A stretch of 64,000 nucleotides of DNA, from assembly GCA_029552125.1 (NCBI GenBank), contig JAKPEE010000156.1, positions 11,088-75,087 on the forward strand. Reading direction: 5' to 3'. Both the position numbers and the translations under genes were made by a program. Shown in pieces: positions 18,100 to 28,392 of the stretch (positions are counted from its first letter, which is position 1; every line of letters starts with the position of its first letter). The notes below the pieces were generated by a model. The model was not told the origin of the DNA and ran no database searches. It was given only the letters and a program-made list of their open reading frames with translations. The stretch comes from Bacillota bacterium (lineage in GTDB: Bacteria > Bacillota > Dethiobacteria > DTU022).

Positions 18100-19128
18100 A
18101 TGGTAAATGAAGGTGATAATAGCATGGAAGCGCTAATGAAAAGTTTATGTGAAGCTTATGGACCTTCCGGAGAGGAGAAGGAAATCAGGGCCTTAATTGA
18201 GAATGCGGTGAAAGACAGCGTTGACCGGATCTATACCGATAACCTGGGCAATCTTTTGGCCGTGCGCGAAGGGCCGGAGCCGGCCCTGCTGCTTTCGGCA
18301 CACATGGATGAAATCGGTGTTATCGTCACCCATATTGATGAGAACGGCTTTTTGCGTATCGCTCCGGTGGGCGGGGTAGCCCCGCACCTGCTATTGGGGC
18401 AGCGGCTGCGCTTTAAAAACGGTGCCGTGGGGACGGTTTATCATGAAAAATTAAAAGAGCTGCGCGATCTGGACTGGTCCAAGCTATACCTTGATCTTGG
18501 GGCCGGTAGTGCGGCCGAAGCTAAAAATGTAGCGCAAATCGGGGATATGGCCTGCCTGCACCAGCCTTTCGACTCGCTAAACGGCCGCTACATGGCCAAG
18601 GCCCTGGATGACCGGGTCGGCTGCGCGATCCTGATCGAGACGGCGCGGCGCCTGGCCGGGGCTCCCCTGCCTCAGGCGATCTGCTTCCTCTTCTCCGTTC
18701 AGGAAGAGGTGGGGCTGCGGGGTGCCACTACTGCCGCCTATAGTATTCAGCCTGGGTACGGCCTGGCGGTGGATGTGACCCGGGCCGGCGATACTCCTAA
18801 AGCGCCCCTGATGGAAGTATCTCTGGGCAAAGGTCCGGCCATCAAGGTTAAAGACAGCTCTGTTATCTGCAGCCCCAAGGTACGCCGCTTTATGATGGAG
18901 GTTGCTTCGCAGCATGAAATTCCTTACCAGCTAGAGGTGCTGGAGCGGGGCGGCACTGACGCCGGAGCCATACACCTCAGCCGTGGCGGGGTGCCCACGG
19001 GAGCGCTTTCGATACCCTGCCGCTATATTCATACTGCCTCAGAAATGGTAGATGCGGCGGATATACAAAATGCGGTTAAACTTTTAGAAATTCTGTGCCG
19101 CACTTCCTGGTCTGAAGGGGTTTCTTAA
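18100..19128 (+). CDS. M42-family metallo-aminopeptidase, paralogue 3
   Basis: 342-aa ORF with 'AHMDEIGVIV', 'AKALDDRVGCAI', 'VQEEVGLRGA' and 'IPCRYIHT'. Confidence 0.85.
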   Translation: MVNEGDNSMEALMKSLCEAYGPSGEEKEIRALIENAVKDSVDRIYTDNLGNLLAVREGPEPALLLSAHMDEIGVIVTHIDENGFLRIAPVGGVAPHLLLGQRLRFKNGAVGTVYHEKLKELRDLDWSKLYLDLGAGSAAEAKNVAQIGDMACLHQPFDSLNGRYMAKALDDRVGCAILIETARRLAGAPLPQAICFLFSVQEEVGLRGATTAAYSIQPGYGLAVDVTRAGDTPKAPLMEVSLGKGPAIKVKDSSVICSPKVRRFMMEVASQHEIPYQLEVLERGGTDAGAIHLSRGGVPTGALSIPCRYIHTASEMVDAADIQNAVKLLEILCRTSWSEGVS

Positions 19129-19157
19129 ACCGGGCAAATAATAACTGCCTGCACCTT

Positions 19158-19188
19158 AAAAAAGCGTCTGTATTTCCGGCGCTTTTTT
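19158..19188 (+). terminator. Rho-independent terminator after the M42 operon
   Basis: A-tract/GC stem aaaaagcgtc...ggcgcttttt followed by a T-run, 30 nt after the stop codon. Confidence 0.55.
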
Positions 19189-19215
19189 AATTTTTTCCAT
19201 TATCTGGAGAGCATT

Positions 19216-19244
19216 TTGATTTATGAAGCATAGTATGGTATACT
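19216..19244 (+). promoter_or_regulatory. Candidate sigma-A promoter for kamA (TTGATT-17-TGgTATACT)
   Basis: Hexamers with 17-nt spacing and an extended -10 TG, read directly. It lies about 95 nt upstream of the kamA ATG. Confidence 0.45.
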
Positions 19245-19342
19245 AGAATAAGTATTGACATAAGAGAAACTAATTAGAAAAGTAACACAATGGGAGGGGG
19301 TCCTCGCTGCAGCAACACTTATAACCGGAAAGGAGCGATCAT

Positions 19343-20587
19343 ATGGACTTAAAACGGAGGATTTCCTTGAACCGGGCCGGTGAATTGAAAAAAACAATTG
19401 CCGACTACCAGCGGTCACTAAAAAATATTGCCACCGGGTTCAGCCGCTGGCCGGAAATCCAGAAGAACCAGGAAAAAATAATGAAATTTTTTGGCGCCTC
19501 CGCCGCAGAGTGGGCGGACTGGCGCTGGCAGTTGAAAAACAGGATTCATACCACAGAGGTATTACAACAGTTCCTCCATTTAACCCCTTCGGAAATAGAA
19601 GAGATCAAGCGCACTGGCACACACTATCGCTGGGCCATATCGCCATACTATCTTAGCCTGATGGATCCCGATGATCCTGGCGACCCCATCCGGCGCCAGG
19701 CGGTGCCGCAACTTCTTGAATATACCGATACGTACGGTGAAAGCGATCCCATGGGTGAAGCCTATACTTCCCCGGTTCCCGCCATCACCCGCCGCTATCC
19801 GGATCGCCTCATCATTAATGTTACCAATCAATGCGCCATGTATTGCCGCCACTGCCAGCGCCGCCGCAATATTGGCGAAAAAGACCTGGCCACTCCCCGG
19901 GAGCAGATCGAGGAGGCTTTACGTTATATCCGTAATAACAAGGAGATCCGCGATGTGCTCCTGACCGGCGGCGACGGCTTTATGCTCAGCAATAAGAGTA
20001 TCGCCTGGCTGCTGGAACAGCTCGATTCAATACCGCACATAGAGATTAAGCGCTTCGGCACGCGCACCCCGGTCACTTTACCATACCGCATTGACGATGA
20101 ACTCTGTGCCATCTTGTCCCGGCACCTGCCCCTCTATGTCAACACCCACTTTAACCATCCCCTGGAAGTTACCCCCGCCGCCCGGGAGGCCTGCCTTAAA
20201 TTGGCCCGGGCCGGAGTGGCCCTGGGCAACCAGGCTGTGCTCCTGAAAGGGGTCAACAACGATCCTTATGTCATGCGCAAGCTTAACCAGGAGCTTTTGA
20301 AAATTATGGTCCGCCCGTACTACCTTTTTCACCCCAAGCGGGTTAAAGGTACTTCGCATTTCTATGTCCGGGTGGAAGAAGGCCTGGAAATCATGGAAAA
20401 ACTGCGCGGCTATACTTCCGGCCTGGCTATCCCGACCTACCTGATCAACGCCCCGCACGGCTACGGTAAAACGCCCCTTCTGCCCACTTACCTGCTGGGC
20501 ATCGGCAAAGATTCAGTAACCATACGGACCTGGGAAAACAGAGTTTTACGTGTTGATAACCGGGAAGCAGAGGAGGGCGGTTCGTAG
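19343..20587 (+). CDS. kamA: Lysine 2,3-aminomutase (radical SAM)
   Basis: 414-aa ORF. Radical-SAM cluster motif 'CAMYCRHCQRRR', 'LLTGGD' and 'GNQAVLLKGVND'. The length fits KamA rather than the shorter EpmB. Confidence 0.88.
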   Translation: MDLKRRISLNRAGELKKTIADYQRSLKNIATGFSRWPEIQKNQEKIMKFFGASAAEWADWRWQLKNRIHTTEVLQQFLHLTPSEIEEIKRTGTHYRWAISPYYLSLMDPDDPGDPIRRQAVPQLLEYTDTYGESDPMGEAYTSPVPAITRRYPDRLIINVTNQCAMYCRHCQRRRNIGEKDLATPREQIEEALRYIRNNKEIRDVLLTGGDGFMLSNKSIAWLLEQLDSIPHIEIKRFGTRTPVTLPYRIDDELCAILSRHLPLYVNTHFNHPLEVTPAAREACLKLARAGVALGNQAVLLKGVNNDPYVMRKLNQELLKIMVRPYYLFHPKRVKGTSHFYVRVEEGLEIMEKLRGYTSGLAIPTYLINAPHGYGKTPLLPTYLLGIGKDSVTIRTWENRVLRVDNREAEEGGS

Positions 20588-20657
20588 CAGGAGTTGCCCT
20601 TTACCCGGCCGGCACCCGGCCGGGCTGACCGAAACAGGGGACAGGCCCGTGGAAGCG

Positions 20658-21740
20658 ATGAGCGAACAGGTTATCTTTTTAAATGCGTTGAACCGGATCC
20701 CCTTTTTAGGCCCCGTTCGCATCGGGGCCTTAATCAGGTATTGCGGCACGGCCCGTGAAGCCTGGAACGCCGGGGCTGCACAACTGCAGCAAATACCGGA
20801 ACTGAAAGGACTGGCGGAAAAATTTCTGGAAGAGCGCCGTAAGATTAATCCCGAAGTGGAATGGCGCCGCCTGCAGTGCTTAAACATCGGCTGCCTGACC
20901 CTGGAAAGCCCCGATTACCCTTCATTATTGCGCCAGATTACGCATCCTCCGCCGATACTTTATTATCGCGGCTGCTGGGTTAATGAAACTGCAGCCATAG
21001 CCATTGTGGGCAGCAGGCGCTGCACGGCTTACGGCCGGGATATAGCCGGCCGCCTGGCCGCTGAACTGGCTCAAGCCGGAGTCACCGTAGTAAGCGGCCT
21101 GGCCCTGGGAGTGGATACGGCGGCGCACCGGGGCGCCCTGGAGGGGGGCGGGCGCACCGTGGCCGTGCTGGGCTGTGGCCTGGATCGTTGTTATCCGCCG
21201 TCCAATGGCGCTTTAATGAAGGCGATCCAGGAGAGGGGGGCGGTGCTCAGCGAGTTTCCCCTGGGCACCCTGCCTTTACCGCAGCATTTTCCCCAGCGCA
21301 ACCGCATTATCAGCGGTCTAACCCTGGGGACGGTGGTGGTAGAAGCACCGCTGAAGAGCGGTGCCCTGATTACCGCCTCTTACGCCCTGGAGCAGAACCG
21401 GGAGGTTTTTGCCGTCCCCGGCCATGTGGACAGCCCTTACAGCCGTGGCTGCCATAAGCTTTTAAAGGAAGGGGCGCGCCTGGTGGAATCTATCGCCGAC
21501 ATTTTGGAGGAGTTGCCCCTGATCCCGTTTGCGGCAGCGGCTGCGGCGGCAGGCGCCGCGGACAGTGTTTCCGGGGCAGAAAAAAACATTTTGGAGTTGA
21601 TCCCTTACCGGCCGGTGCATATGGATGAGCTCATAGCTTCCAGCGGCCTCAGCGCGGAGCGTATCGGCCCGCTGCTCCTGGAACTGGAACTAAAAGGGCT
21701 GATCCGGCAGCTTCCGGGTAAATATTTTGCCAGGCAATAA
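20658..21740 (+). CDS. dprA: DNA-processing protein DprA/Smf
   Basis: 'AIVGSRRCTAYG', 'VVSGLALGVDTAAHRGAL' and 'FPQRNRIISGL' motifs. The start is placed at the ATG for 'MSEQVIF'. The longer track ORF overlaps kamA, and an in-frame GTG at 20649 is also possible. Confidence 0.85.
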   Translation: MSEQVIFLNALNRIPFLGPVRIGALIRYCGTAREAWNAGAAQLQQIPELKGLAEKFLEERRKINPEVEWRRLQCLNIGCLTLESPDYPSLLRQITHPPPILYYRGCWVNETAAIAIVGSRRCTAYGRDIAGRLAAELAQAGVTVVSGLALGVDTAAHRGALEGGGRTVAVLGCGLDRCYPPSNGALMKAIQERGAVLSEFPLGTLPLPQHFPQRNRIISGLTLGTVVVEAPLKSGALITASYALEQNREVFAVPGHVDSPYSRGCHKLLKEGARLVESIADILEELPLIPFAAAAAAAGAADSVSGAEKNILELIPYRPVHMDELIASSGLSAERIGPLLLELELKGLIRQLPGKYFARQ

Positions 21741-21966
21741 ATTATGTTAGAATAAGGAGTCGGCCAAATCGCGGTGCCGGCCGATGCAAACGCAGGGGTG
21801 CGGCATGCCGCGCCCGGACGCATACCGGGAATACAGAATAGAGGAAACAGTGGTCAGGGGTCAGATACGGAAGACCGGGAGTTGGAGGACTTAGTATTGC
21901 ATTTTTTAGGAGAAAAGGACAAAATATTAAATTAAAAAGCAAGAAAATAATTCTTTTATCTTTTCT

Positions 21967-22015
21967 CCTGTATCCTGTATACTGTATTCATGCTTTTAAT
22001 ACAAATACATACAGT
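21967..22015 (+). promoter_or_regulatory. Heptamer repeat cluster upstream of topA (3 direct (C/A)CTGTAT plus 1 inverted ATACAGT)
   Basis: Direct copies cctgtat, cctgtat and actgtat lie at 21967-21987, and an inverted copy atacagt at 22009-22015. The cluster is 40-90 nt upstream of the topA ATG. Confidence 0.4.
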
Positions 22016-22054
22016 ACAATAGTACATGTTGCTTTCAAGGAGAGATGCTCTAGC

Positions 22055-24139
22055 ATGAACCTGGTCATCGTGGAATCGCCTGCCAAGGCCCGTACTATTG
22101 GCAAGTTCCTGGGGCGTAATTATAAAGTGATGGCCTCCCAGGGTCATCTGATTGACTTGCCGAAGAGCCAGCTCGGCATTGACATCGAAGCAGGATTTAC
22201 ACCCCGCTATATTACTATTCGCGGTAAAGGCCAGATCTTAAAGCAGCTCAAAGATGCGGGCAAGAAGGCTAAAGCGGTCTACCTGGCCGCCGACCCTGAC
22301 CGCGAAGGCGAAGCCATCTGCTGGCACCTGCAGCAGGCTTTGCAGATCGATGATAACCAACCCTGCCGGGTTGAATTTAACGAGATTACCAGGGAGGCGA
22401 TTAAGGAGGCTTTTAAACATCCGCGCCTGATCGATTCCAACCGGGTTGATGCCCAGCAAGCCCGGCGCATTCTTGACCGCCTCGTCGGCTACTTGATCAG
22501 CCCCCTGCTCTGGCGCAACATTCGCAGCGGCCTTAGCGCCGGGCGGGTGCAGTCTGTAGCGGTACGCCTGATTTGCGAGCGGGAGGATGAAATAAATAGC
22601 TTTATACCGCAGGAATACTGGACCGTGGAGGCGCTCCTGGAAAGCGGCCGGGGCGAAACCCCTTTTAAAGCGCTCCTGGAACGTTATCAACAGAAAAAAA
22701 TTGAACTGGGTCGCCGGGAGCAGGTTGATGAAGTAGTGGCGGCCTTGCGCGGCGCTGATTTCGTGGTGGATAAAGTTACCAGAACCCGCCGCCAGCGGCA
22801 CCCCTACCCGCCGTTTACCACCAGCAGCCTGCAGCAGGAAGCATCTTCCAAGCTGGGTTTCACCAGCCGCAAAACCATGTCCCTGGCCCAGCAGCTATAC
22901 GAAGGTATTAATATCGGCAAAGGCGAAACCGTGGGCCTGGTCACCTATATCCGCACCGATTCCACCCGGGTTTCCGCGCAGTCCCAGAAGGAAGCGCGGG
23001 AGTTAATCCGGGATAGCTTCGGGGCTGATTTCGTGCCCGACAACCCGCCCCACTACCGCTCCCGTAAAGGGGCGCAGGAGGCCCATGAAGCCATCCGCCC
23101 CACCTCGGTACTGCGGAAACCGGCGGACATGGAAAAGTATCTCACCCGCGACCAGTTCAGATTATATAAGTTGATCTGGGACCGCTTTATGGCCAGCCAG
23201 ATGGCCCCGGCGGTGTTCGATCAGGTCCGGATTATCATTACGGCCGGGGACTATACGTTAAAAGCCACCGGCTCGAGCCTCCTCTTCCCGGGCTTCCTTA
23301 TCCTATACCACGCTGAAGAACAGGACGCGGATACGATACTCCCGGCCCTGGAGGAAGGACAAAAACTGAAGCTGGTCGACCTGCTGCCGGAGCAGCATTT
23401 TACCCAGCCGCCTCCTCGTTTTAACGAAGCCTCCCTCATTAGAACGCTGGAGGAAAAAGGTATCGGGAGGCCCAGCACCTATGTTCCCATTATCGAGACG
23501 ATTCAAAGCCGCGGCTACGTCTTAAAGGAGAACAAAGCTTTTGTGCCGGCAGAACTGGGGTACGTGGTGGTGGAGCTACTGAAACAATATTTTCCGGAGA
23601 TAATCGACGTTGGCTTTACCGCCAAAATGGAATCTCAGCTCGATGATATCGGCGCCGGAAAGCTCGAACGCAATCATGTTCTGGATGATTTTTACCGCGC
23701 CTTTAAAGAAAGGCTGGCGGTGGCGGAACAGGAAATTAAGCGCATTGAGCTCACCGCCGAGGTCAGCGATGAAACCTGCCCGCAGTGCGGCCGCTATCTT
23801 ATTTTTAAACACGGCCGCTTCGGCCGCTTCCTGGCCTGCCCCGGTTACCCGGAATGCAAGTATACCAAGAATATCGTTAAAGAAACGGGAGTGCCCTGCC
23901 CCCATTGCGGCAAGATGCTGGTGGAGCGGCACAGCAAAAAGGGGCGGCTGTTTTATGGCTGCAGCGGTTTTCCCGAATGCCGCTTCTCGGTTTGGGATAA
24001 ACCGCTGCCGGAGAAATGCCCGCGCTGCGGCGGGTTAATGGTCGAGGCGGTGCGGCGCAAGAAAAAGACAAAGCGCTGCTCCAACCAGGATTGCGGCTTT
24101 AAAGAGCCGGTTTTAGCCGGAACAGCAGCGAAGGGATAG
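22055..24139 (+). CDS. topA: DNA topoisomerase I
   Basis: 694-aa ORF. N-terminal Toprim 'MNLVIVESPAKA', 'DPDREGEAI', active-site region 'YIRTDS' and three C-terminal CxxC...CxxC zinc ribbons. Confidence 0.95.
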   Translation: MNLVIVESPAKARTIGKFLGRNYKVMASQGHLIDLPKSQLGIDIEAGFTPRYITIRGKGQILKQLKDAGKKAKAVYLAADPDREGEAICWHLQQALQIDDNQPCRVEFNEITREAIKEAFKHPRLIDSNRVDAQQARRILDRLVGYLISPLLWRNIRSGLSAGRVQSVAVRLICEREDEINSFIPQEYWTVEALLESGRGETPFKALLERYQQKKIELGRREQVDEVVAALRGADFVVDKVTRTRRQRHPYPPFTTSSLQQEASSKLGFTSRKTMSLAQQLYEGINIGKGETVGLVTYIRTDSTRVSAQSQKEARELIRDSFGADFVPDNPPHYRSRKGAQEAHEAIRPTSVLRKPADMEKYLTRDQFRLYKLIWDRFMASQMAPAVFDQVRIIITAGDYTLKATGSSLLFPGFLILYHAEEQDADTILPALEEGQKLKLVDLLPEQHFTQPPPRFNEASLIRTLEEKGIGRPSTYVPIIETIQSRGYVLKENKAFVPAELGYVVVELLKQYFPEIIDVGFTAKMESQLDDIGAGKLERNHVLDDFYRAFKERLAVAEQEIKRIELTAEVSDETCPQCGRYLIFKHGRFGRFLACPGYPECKYTKNIVKETGVPCPHCGKMLVERHSKKGRLFYGCSGFPECRFSVWDKPLPEKCPRCGGLMVEAVRRKKKTKRCSNQDCGFKEPVLAGTAAKG

Positions 24140-24401
24140 CAGGCAAAAGAGGTGGAGGCGTTTGGTCAGTCGGCCGCATCTGGACTGACTGCCGGGTGTT
24201 AAGAATACCGGGCCGACAATTTTCAACCTATGCATACCAATATCGACTTTTTCCGTCACTTTTTGAAAAGTGCCAAAGGAAGTACACAAGAAAGTCATTT
24301 TTTAGCGCGCCCTAAAATCGCTGGAATTTTTTCAAAAAACAATCCGGCAATCACTTGCATAACTATACCGGTTATGCTACTATGTAGCAAGGTGAATCGG
24401 C

Positions 24402-25316
24402 TTGCATAAAAGGCTTGAGCGGTTTTTGACATACCTGGATGTTCAGAAAAACGCTTCACCATTAACCCTGCAAAGCTACCGGAATGACATCATGCAATTC
24501 CTGGCTTTGTTAAATCAATATGGCGAAGACCTGGGTGGTACGGATCACTACCGTATGCGCCGGTTCCTGGCCTGGTTAAAGGAACAGGGTTATAGCCGCA
24601 GCACCGTGGCGCGAAAATTGTCGGCAACTCGCACATTTTTACGTTTTGTACAAAGGGAAGGCGGGCTGCAAAGCAGTAGCTGGGCTGCCGTGGCCAGGCC
24701 GCGCCAGGAAAAAACGCTGCCGTCTTTTTTATACTACCACGAGGTGGCGGCGTTGCTGGAGGCTCCGGATTGCGGCACACTGCTGGGTTTTCGAGACCGC
24801 ACCATCCTGGAAGTCATTTATGCCTGCGGGTTGCGGGTCAGTGAGCTGGTCGGGCTGGAGCTGGCTTCCCTTCAACTGGAAGAACGGCTGGTAAAGGTTT
24901 ACGGCAAGGGGAGCAAAGAGCGCATAGTGCCCCTGGGCCGGGTGGCCGCCGCTTATCTGGAAGAATATCTGCAGCGGGTCCGGCCGGCCTTGCTAGCCTT
25001 AAACCGGAATGGCGCCACCACGGATAAAGTTTTCATCAACCATCGCGGCGGCCCGTTAAGCGATCGGGGAGTGCGGCTTATGTTTCAAAAGTATATCCGG
25101 CAGGTTTCGTGCCGGGAAAAGATTACCCCTCACTCCCTGCGCCACTCGTTTGCCACGCACATGCTGGAGCGGGGGGCTGACTTAAGGGTGGTCCAGGAGC
25201 TTTTGGGACACGTCAGCGTTTCCACGACCCAGGTTTATACCCATATTACCCGGGAGCACCTGCAGGCAGTATACCGGCTGGCCCACCCACGCCGGGAAAT
25301 TGAAAAGGGCGGTTAG
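24402..25316 (+). CDS. xerC: Tyrosine recombinase XerC/CodV
   Basis: 304-aa ORF with a TTG start after AAGGTGA. It has the N-terminal SAM-like core-binding domain and catalytic '[13 protein letters not shown]...[14 protein letters not shown]'. It sits in the canonical position before hslVU-codY. Confidence 0.9.
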   Translation: MHKRLERFLTYLDVQKNASPLTLQSYRNDIMQFLALLNQYGEDLGGTDHYRMRRFLAWLKEQGYSRSTVARKLSATRTFLRFVQREGGLQSSSWAAVARPRQEKTLPSFLYYHEVAALLEAPDCGTLLGFRDRTILEVIYACGLRVSELVGLELASLQLEERLVKVYGKGSKERIVPLGRVAAAYLEEYLQRVRPALLALNRNGATTDKVFINHRGGPLSDRGVRLMFQKYIRQVSCREKITPHSLRHSFATHMLERGADLRVVQELLGHVSVSTTQVYTHITREHLQAVYRLAHPRREIEKGG

Positions 25317-25320
25317 GAAG

Positions 25321-25851
25321 ATGTTCCAGGGAACCACCATTATTGCGGTAAAAAAAGGAGAACGGGTAGCTATTGCCGGAGACGGCCAGGTGACCTTCGG
25401 CAACAGCACTGTGATCAAGCATGGAGCCCGGAAAGTAAGACGCCTTTACGATGGAAAAGTGATCGCCGGCTATGCCGGTTCCGTGGCCGACGCTCTGACC
25501 CTTTGTGAAAAATTCGAAGGGAAACTGGAAAGCTACCAGGGCAACTTGCAGCGGGCTGCGGTAGAGCTGGCCAAAGAATGGCGGACAGACCGGGTTCTGC
25601 GCCGGCTGGAAGCGATGCTGCTCGCGGCCGGGCGGGAGGCGCTGTTGCTGATTTCAGGCACAGGAGAAGTGATTGAACCGGATGACAACATTGCTGCTGT
25701 CGGATCCGGGGCGCCATATGCCCTGGCTGCTGCCAAGGCTCTGCTCCGCAACACCGACCTGTCACCAGGGGAGATTGCCCGGCAGGCTCTAAGTATAGCG
25801 GCAGAGATTTGTATTTATACTAATGATCGGATCACAGTTGAGGAGCTGTAG
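25321..25851 (+). CDS. hslV: ATP-dependent protease subunit HslV (ClpQ)
   Basis: The start is placed at '[12 protein letters not shown]', the typical HslV N-terminus. 'GDGQVT', 'GSVADA' and 'GSG' blocks are present. Confidence 0.9.
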   Translation: MFQGTTIIAVKKGERVAIAGDGQVTFGNSTVIKHGARKVRRLYDGKVIAGYAGSVADALTLCEKFEGKLESYQGNLQRAAVELAKEWRTDRVLRRLEAMLLAAGREALLLISGTGEVIEPDDNIAAVGSGAPYALAAAKALLRNTDLSPGEIARQALSIAAEICIYTNDRITVEEL

Positions 25852-25863
25852 AAGGGCTGGTTT

Positions 25864-27285
25864 ATGATGAGTAGCGAAGAGTTGACTCCCCGCGAAATCG
25901 TGGCGGAACTGGACCGTTACATAGTGGGGCAGGAAGAAGCAAAACGCTGTGTGGCGGTAGCTTTGCGCAACCGTTACCGGCGCAAAAAACTACCGCCGGA
26001 AATGCAGGATGAAATAGTGCCCAAGAATATTATCATGATCGGGCCTACCGGGGTCGGCAAAACAGAAATTGCCCGGCGCCTGGCCCGGCTGGTGAATGCG
26101 CCTTTCGTCAAAGTAGAGGCTACCAAATTTACCGAAGTAGGGTACGTCGGCCGGGACGTAGAGGCGATGATCCGGGATCTGGTGGAGACAGCCATCCGCA
26201 TCGTGCAGGCCGAGCGGATGCTGGAGGTTGAAAACAAAGCGATCCGCGCCGCCAACGAAAGGCTGGTGGAACTGCTGGCGCCCCTGCCCCGGAAAAGACG
26301 CCGCTCCACCAACCCCCTGGGCTTTCTGTTCCAGGCCGCGCCGGCCCAACTGGAAGATCAGGCCGCGGAAGACGCCGGTTTCCAGGAGCGGTTACGCCAG
26401 GCCCGGGAAGAGCAGCAGTTGATACGGCGGCGGCTGGAAAACGGGGAACTGGAAGGGCGGCAGGTAGAAATTGAAGTGGAAGACCGCCGCCCGCCCATGG
26501 TTGAGTTTTTTTCCGGGCAGGGTATAGAAGAGATGGGGGTTAACATCCAGGACATTCTGGGCAATATCATACCCCCGCGCAAAAAGAAAAGAAAAGTAAC
26601 CGTTGCCGAAGCCAGGAAAATTCTGAAACAGGAAGAAGCCCAGAAACTGATCGATATGGATGCAGTAATCAGCGAAGCTGTGCAGCGGGCCGAACAACTT
26701 GGTATAATCTTCCTCGATGAAATCGATAAAATTGCGGGCAAAGACTATCGAGGCGCCGGACCTGACGTTTCCCGCGAAGGCGTGCAAAGAGATATCCTAC
26801 CCATTGTAGAAGGATCTACTGTAGTGACCAAGTACGGCCCGGTCAAGACGGATTACATTTTATTCATTGCTGCCGGAGCGTTTCATATGACTAAACCCTC
26901 CGACCTTATTCCGGAACTGCAGGGCCGTTTTCCGATCAGGGTGGAGTTGCACAGCCTCACCGAGGAAGATTTTCAACGGATCCTGGTCGAACCGAACAAC
27001 GCTCTGATCAAGCAGTACATAGCCCTGCTGGAAACCGAAGGGGTGAAGCTTGAATTTACCCGGGAGGCTATTGAAGAGATTGCCGGGACAGCCTGCTTGC
27101 TGAACCAGGAGATGGAAAATATCGGCGCACGGCGCCTGCACACTATCCTGGAAAAAGTCCTGGAAGATATCTCTTTTGAACTTCCCGATCCTGAAGTGAA
27201 AACCCTGATCATAGACCGGGAATATGTCCGGAATAAATTACAAAAAATTGTTAAAAATAAAGATTTGAGTAAATACATTTTATGA
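25864..27285 (+). CDS. hslU: ATP-dependent protease ATPase subunit HslU (ClpY)
   Basis: 473-aa ORF with '[21 protein letters not shown]', Walker A '[15 protein letters not shown]', 'IFLDEIDKI' and sensor regions. Confidence 0.95.
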   Translation: MMSSEELTPREIVAELDRYIVGQEEAKRCVAVALRNRYRRKKLPPEMQDEIVPKNIIMIGPTGVGKTEIARRLARLVNAPFVKVEATKFTEVGYVGRDVEAMIRDLVETAIRIVQAERMLEVENKAIRAANERLVELLAPLPRKRRRSTNPLGFLFQAAPAQLEDQAAEDAGFQERLRQAREEQQLIRRRLENGELEGRQVEIEVEDRRPPMVEFFSGQGIEEMGVNIQDILGNIIPPRKKKRKVTVAEARKILKQEEAQKLIDMDAVISEAVQRAEQLGIIFLDEIDKIAGKDYRGAGPDVSREGVQRDILPIVEGSTVVTKYGPVKTDYILFIAAGAFHMTKPSDLIPELQGRFPIRVELHSLTEEDFQRILVEPNNALIKQYIALLETEGVKLEFTREAIEEIAGTACLLNQEMENIGARRLHTILEKVLEDISFELPDPEVKTLIIDREYVRNKLQKIVKNKDLSKYIL

Positions 27286-27306
27286 AAAAAGAGCAGAGAA
27301 AGGTAG

Positions 27307-28116
27307 GTGACCGATGTGATTTCTTCTCCTTTGCTTGAGAAGACCCGTCGCATCAACAAAATTCTACAAAAAACGGCCGGACAGCATGTAGATTTTCAAG
27401 AAGTGGCTGAAGTCCTTAAAGGCGTTATTCACGCCAACTGCTACATTGTTGACCGTCAGGGCGAAATCCTGGGATACGCCATCGTCGACGAGTTTGAATG
27501 TGAGCTGTTGGTGGGCCATGTATTGAAAGACGCCAGGTTTCCCGACGATTACAATGAATTCCTGCTGAAAAGCGAGGAATCTCGTGTAAACGTGCGTCAA
27601 AAATCTAATGACTGTGTTTTCGTCGAAACGGCAAACTGCCTCTTCACCAACAAAATTCTCACCATTATCCCCATCATCGGGGGAGGCAAACGCCTGGGAA
27701 CCCTTCTTTTGGCCCGCTTCAACGAGCTGTTCGACGCCGAAGACCTGATCCTGGCCGAAACGGGAGCCACAGTGGTAGGCATGGAGATCTTGCGCTCCAA
27801 GGCGGAAAAAATCGAAGAAGAAGCCAGGAACAAGGCCGTGGTTCAACTGGCTATCGCTACCCTCTCCTACTCGGAGCTGGAGGCGGTGGAGCATATCTTC
27901 GAAGAGCTGGGCGGTGACGAAGGACTGCTGGTAGCCAGCAAAATTGCCGACCAGTTGGGGATTACACGCTCGGTGATTGTCAATGCCCTGCGCAAGTTCG
28001 AAAGCGCCGGGGTCATCGAATCCCGCTCCCTGGGGATGAAGGGTACTTACATCAAAGTGCTTAACCCCTACCTGCTGGAGTACCTGGCCAAGAAATCAAA
28101 AACGTTTCAGAAATAA
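27307..28116 (+). CDS. codY: GTP-sensing pleiotropic transcriptional repressor CodY
   Basis: '[13 protein letters not shown]' N-terminus, GAF-like domain and C-terminal wHTH '[44 protein letters not shown]'. The start may be the GTG at 27316. Confidence 0.93.
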   Translation: MTDVISSPLLEKTRRINKILQKTAGQHVDFQEVAEVLKGVIHANCYIVDRQGEILGYAIVDEFECELLVGHVLKDARFPDDYNEFLLKSEESRVNVRQKSNDCVFVETANCLFTNKILTIIPIIGGGKRLGTLLLARFNELFDAEDLILAETGATVVGMEILRSKAEKIEEEARNKAVVQLAIATLSYSELEAVEHIFEELGGDEGLLVASKIADQLGITRSVIVNALRKFESAGVIESRSLGMKGTYIKVLNPYLLEYLAKKSKTFQK

Positions 28117-28143
28117 AAACAATAGTGGTTAAAATAGCTGTTC

Positions 28144-28181
28144 AAAGAGTAATTCGCTTATGCGAATTACTCTTTCTTTTT
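28144..28181 (+). terminator. Rho-independent terminator of the xerC-hslVU-codY operon
   Basis: Perfect 14-bp stem aaagagtaattcgc / gcgaattactcttt with loop ttat and tail ctttttag. Confidence 0.85.
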
Positions 28182-28332
28182 AGAATTGGGGCCTGATCCA
28201 AAAAAATGGTGAACAGAACTGCGGGCCGGGGTAACCTGAACCAGGGCGGGTAAAGGCAGGCGGCGGCAGACACGGGGTGAATAAAATTCTAAATTCTGCC
28301 TTATTTCAAGCAATAGAAGTATTTTAAAGGAA

Positions 28333-28365
28333 GGGGCTGTCCTCATTCATTTATAGGACAGCCCC
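28333..28365 (-). terminator. Terminator hairpin after clpB (GGGGCTGTCC-family stem)
   Basis: Perfect 11-bp stem ggggctgtcct / aggacagcccc, 28 nt beyond the clpB stop. The tail on the minus strand is T-rich. Confidence 0.65.
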
Positions 28366-28392
28366 GTAAATAACTTAATGTGTCTGACACTT

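Noticed and set aside
21981-22015. CTGTAT...ATACAG upstream of topA might be a LexA/SOS box.
   Set aside because: The proteobacterial box is CTGT-N8-ACAG. Here the half-sites are 21 nt apart, and Bacillota use a GAAC-N4-GTTC-type box. The element is kept only as an unexplained repeat cluster.
24355-24383. TTGCAT-17-TACTAT sigma-A-like hexamers lie just upstream of xerC.
   Set aside because: The spacing is perfect, but the implied transcription start (about 24390) would fall inside the AAGGTGA RBS of the TTG start at 24402. That would leave no usable leader. I do not report it as a promoter.
24140-24401. The trmFO (gid) gene is absent between topA and xerC, compared with the Bacillus subtilis order smf-topA-gid-codV-clpQ-clpY-codY.
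   Set aside because: The 262-bp gap shows no gene remnant that I can recognise. Absence or relocation of trmFO at this position is probably ordinary lineage variation, not a notable deletion.
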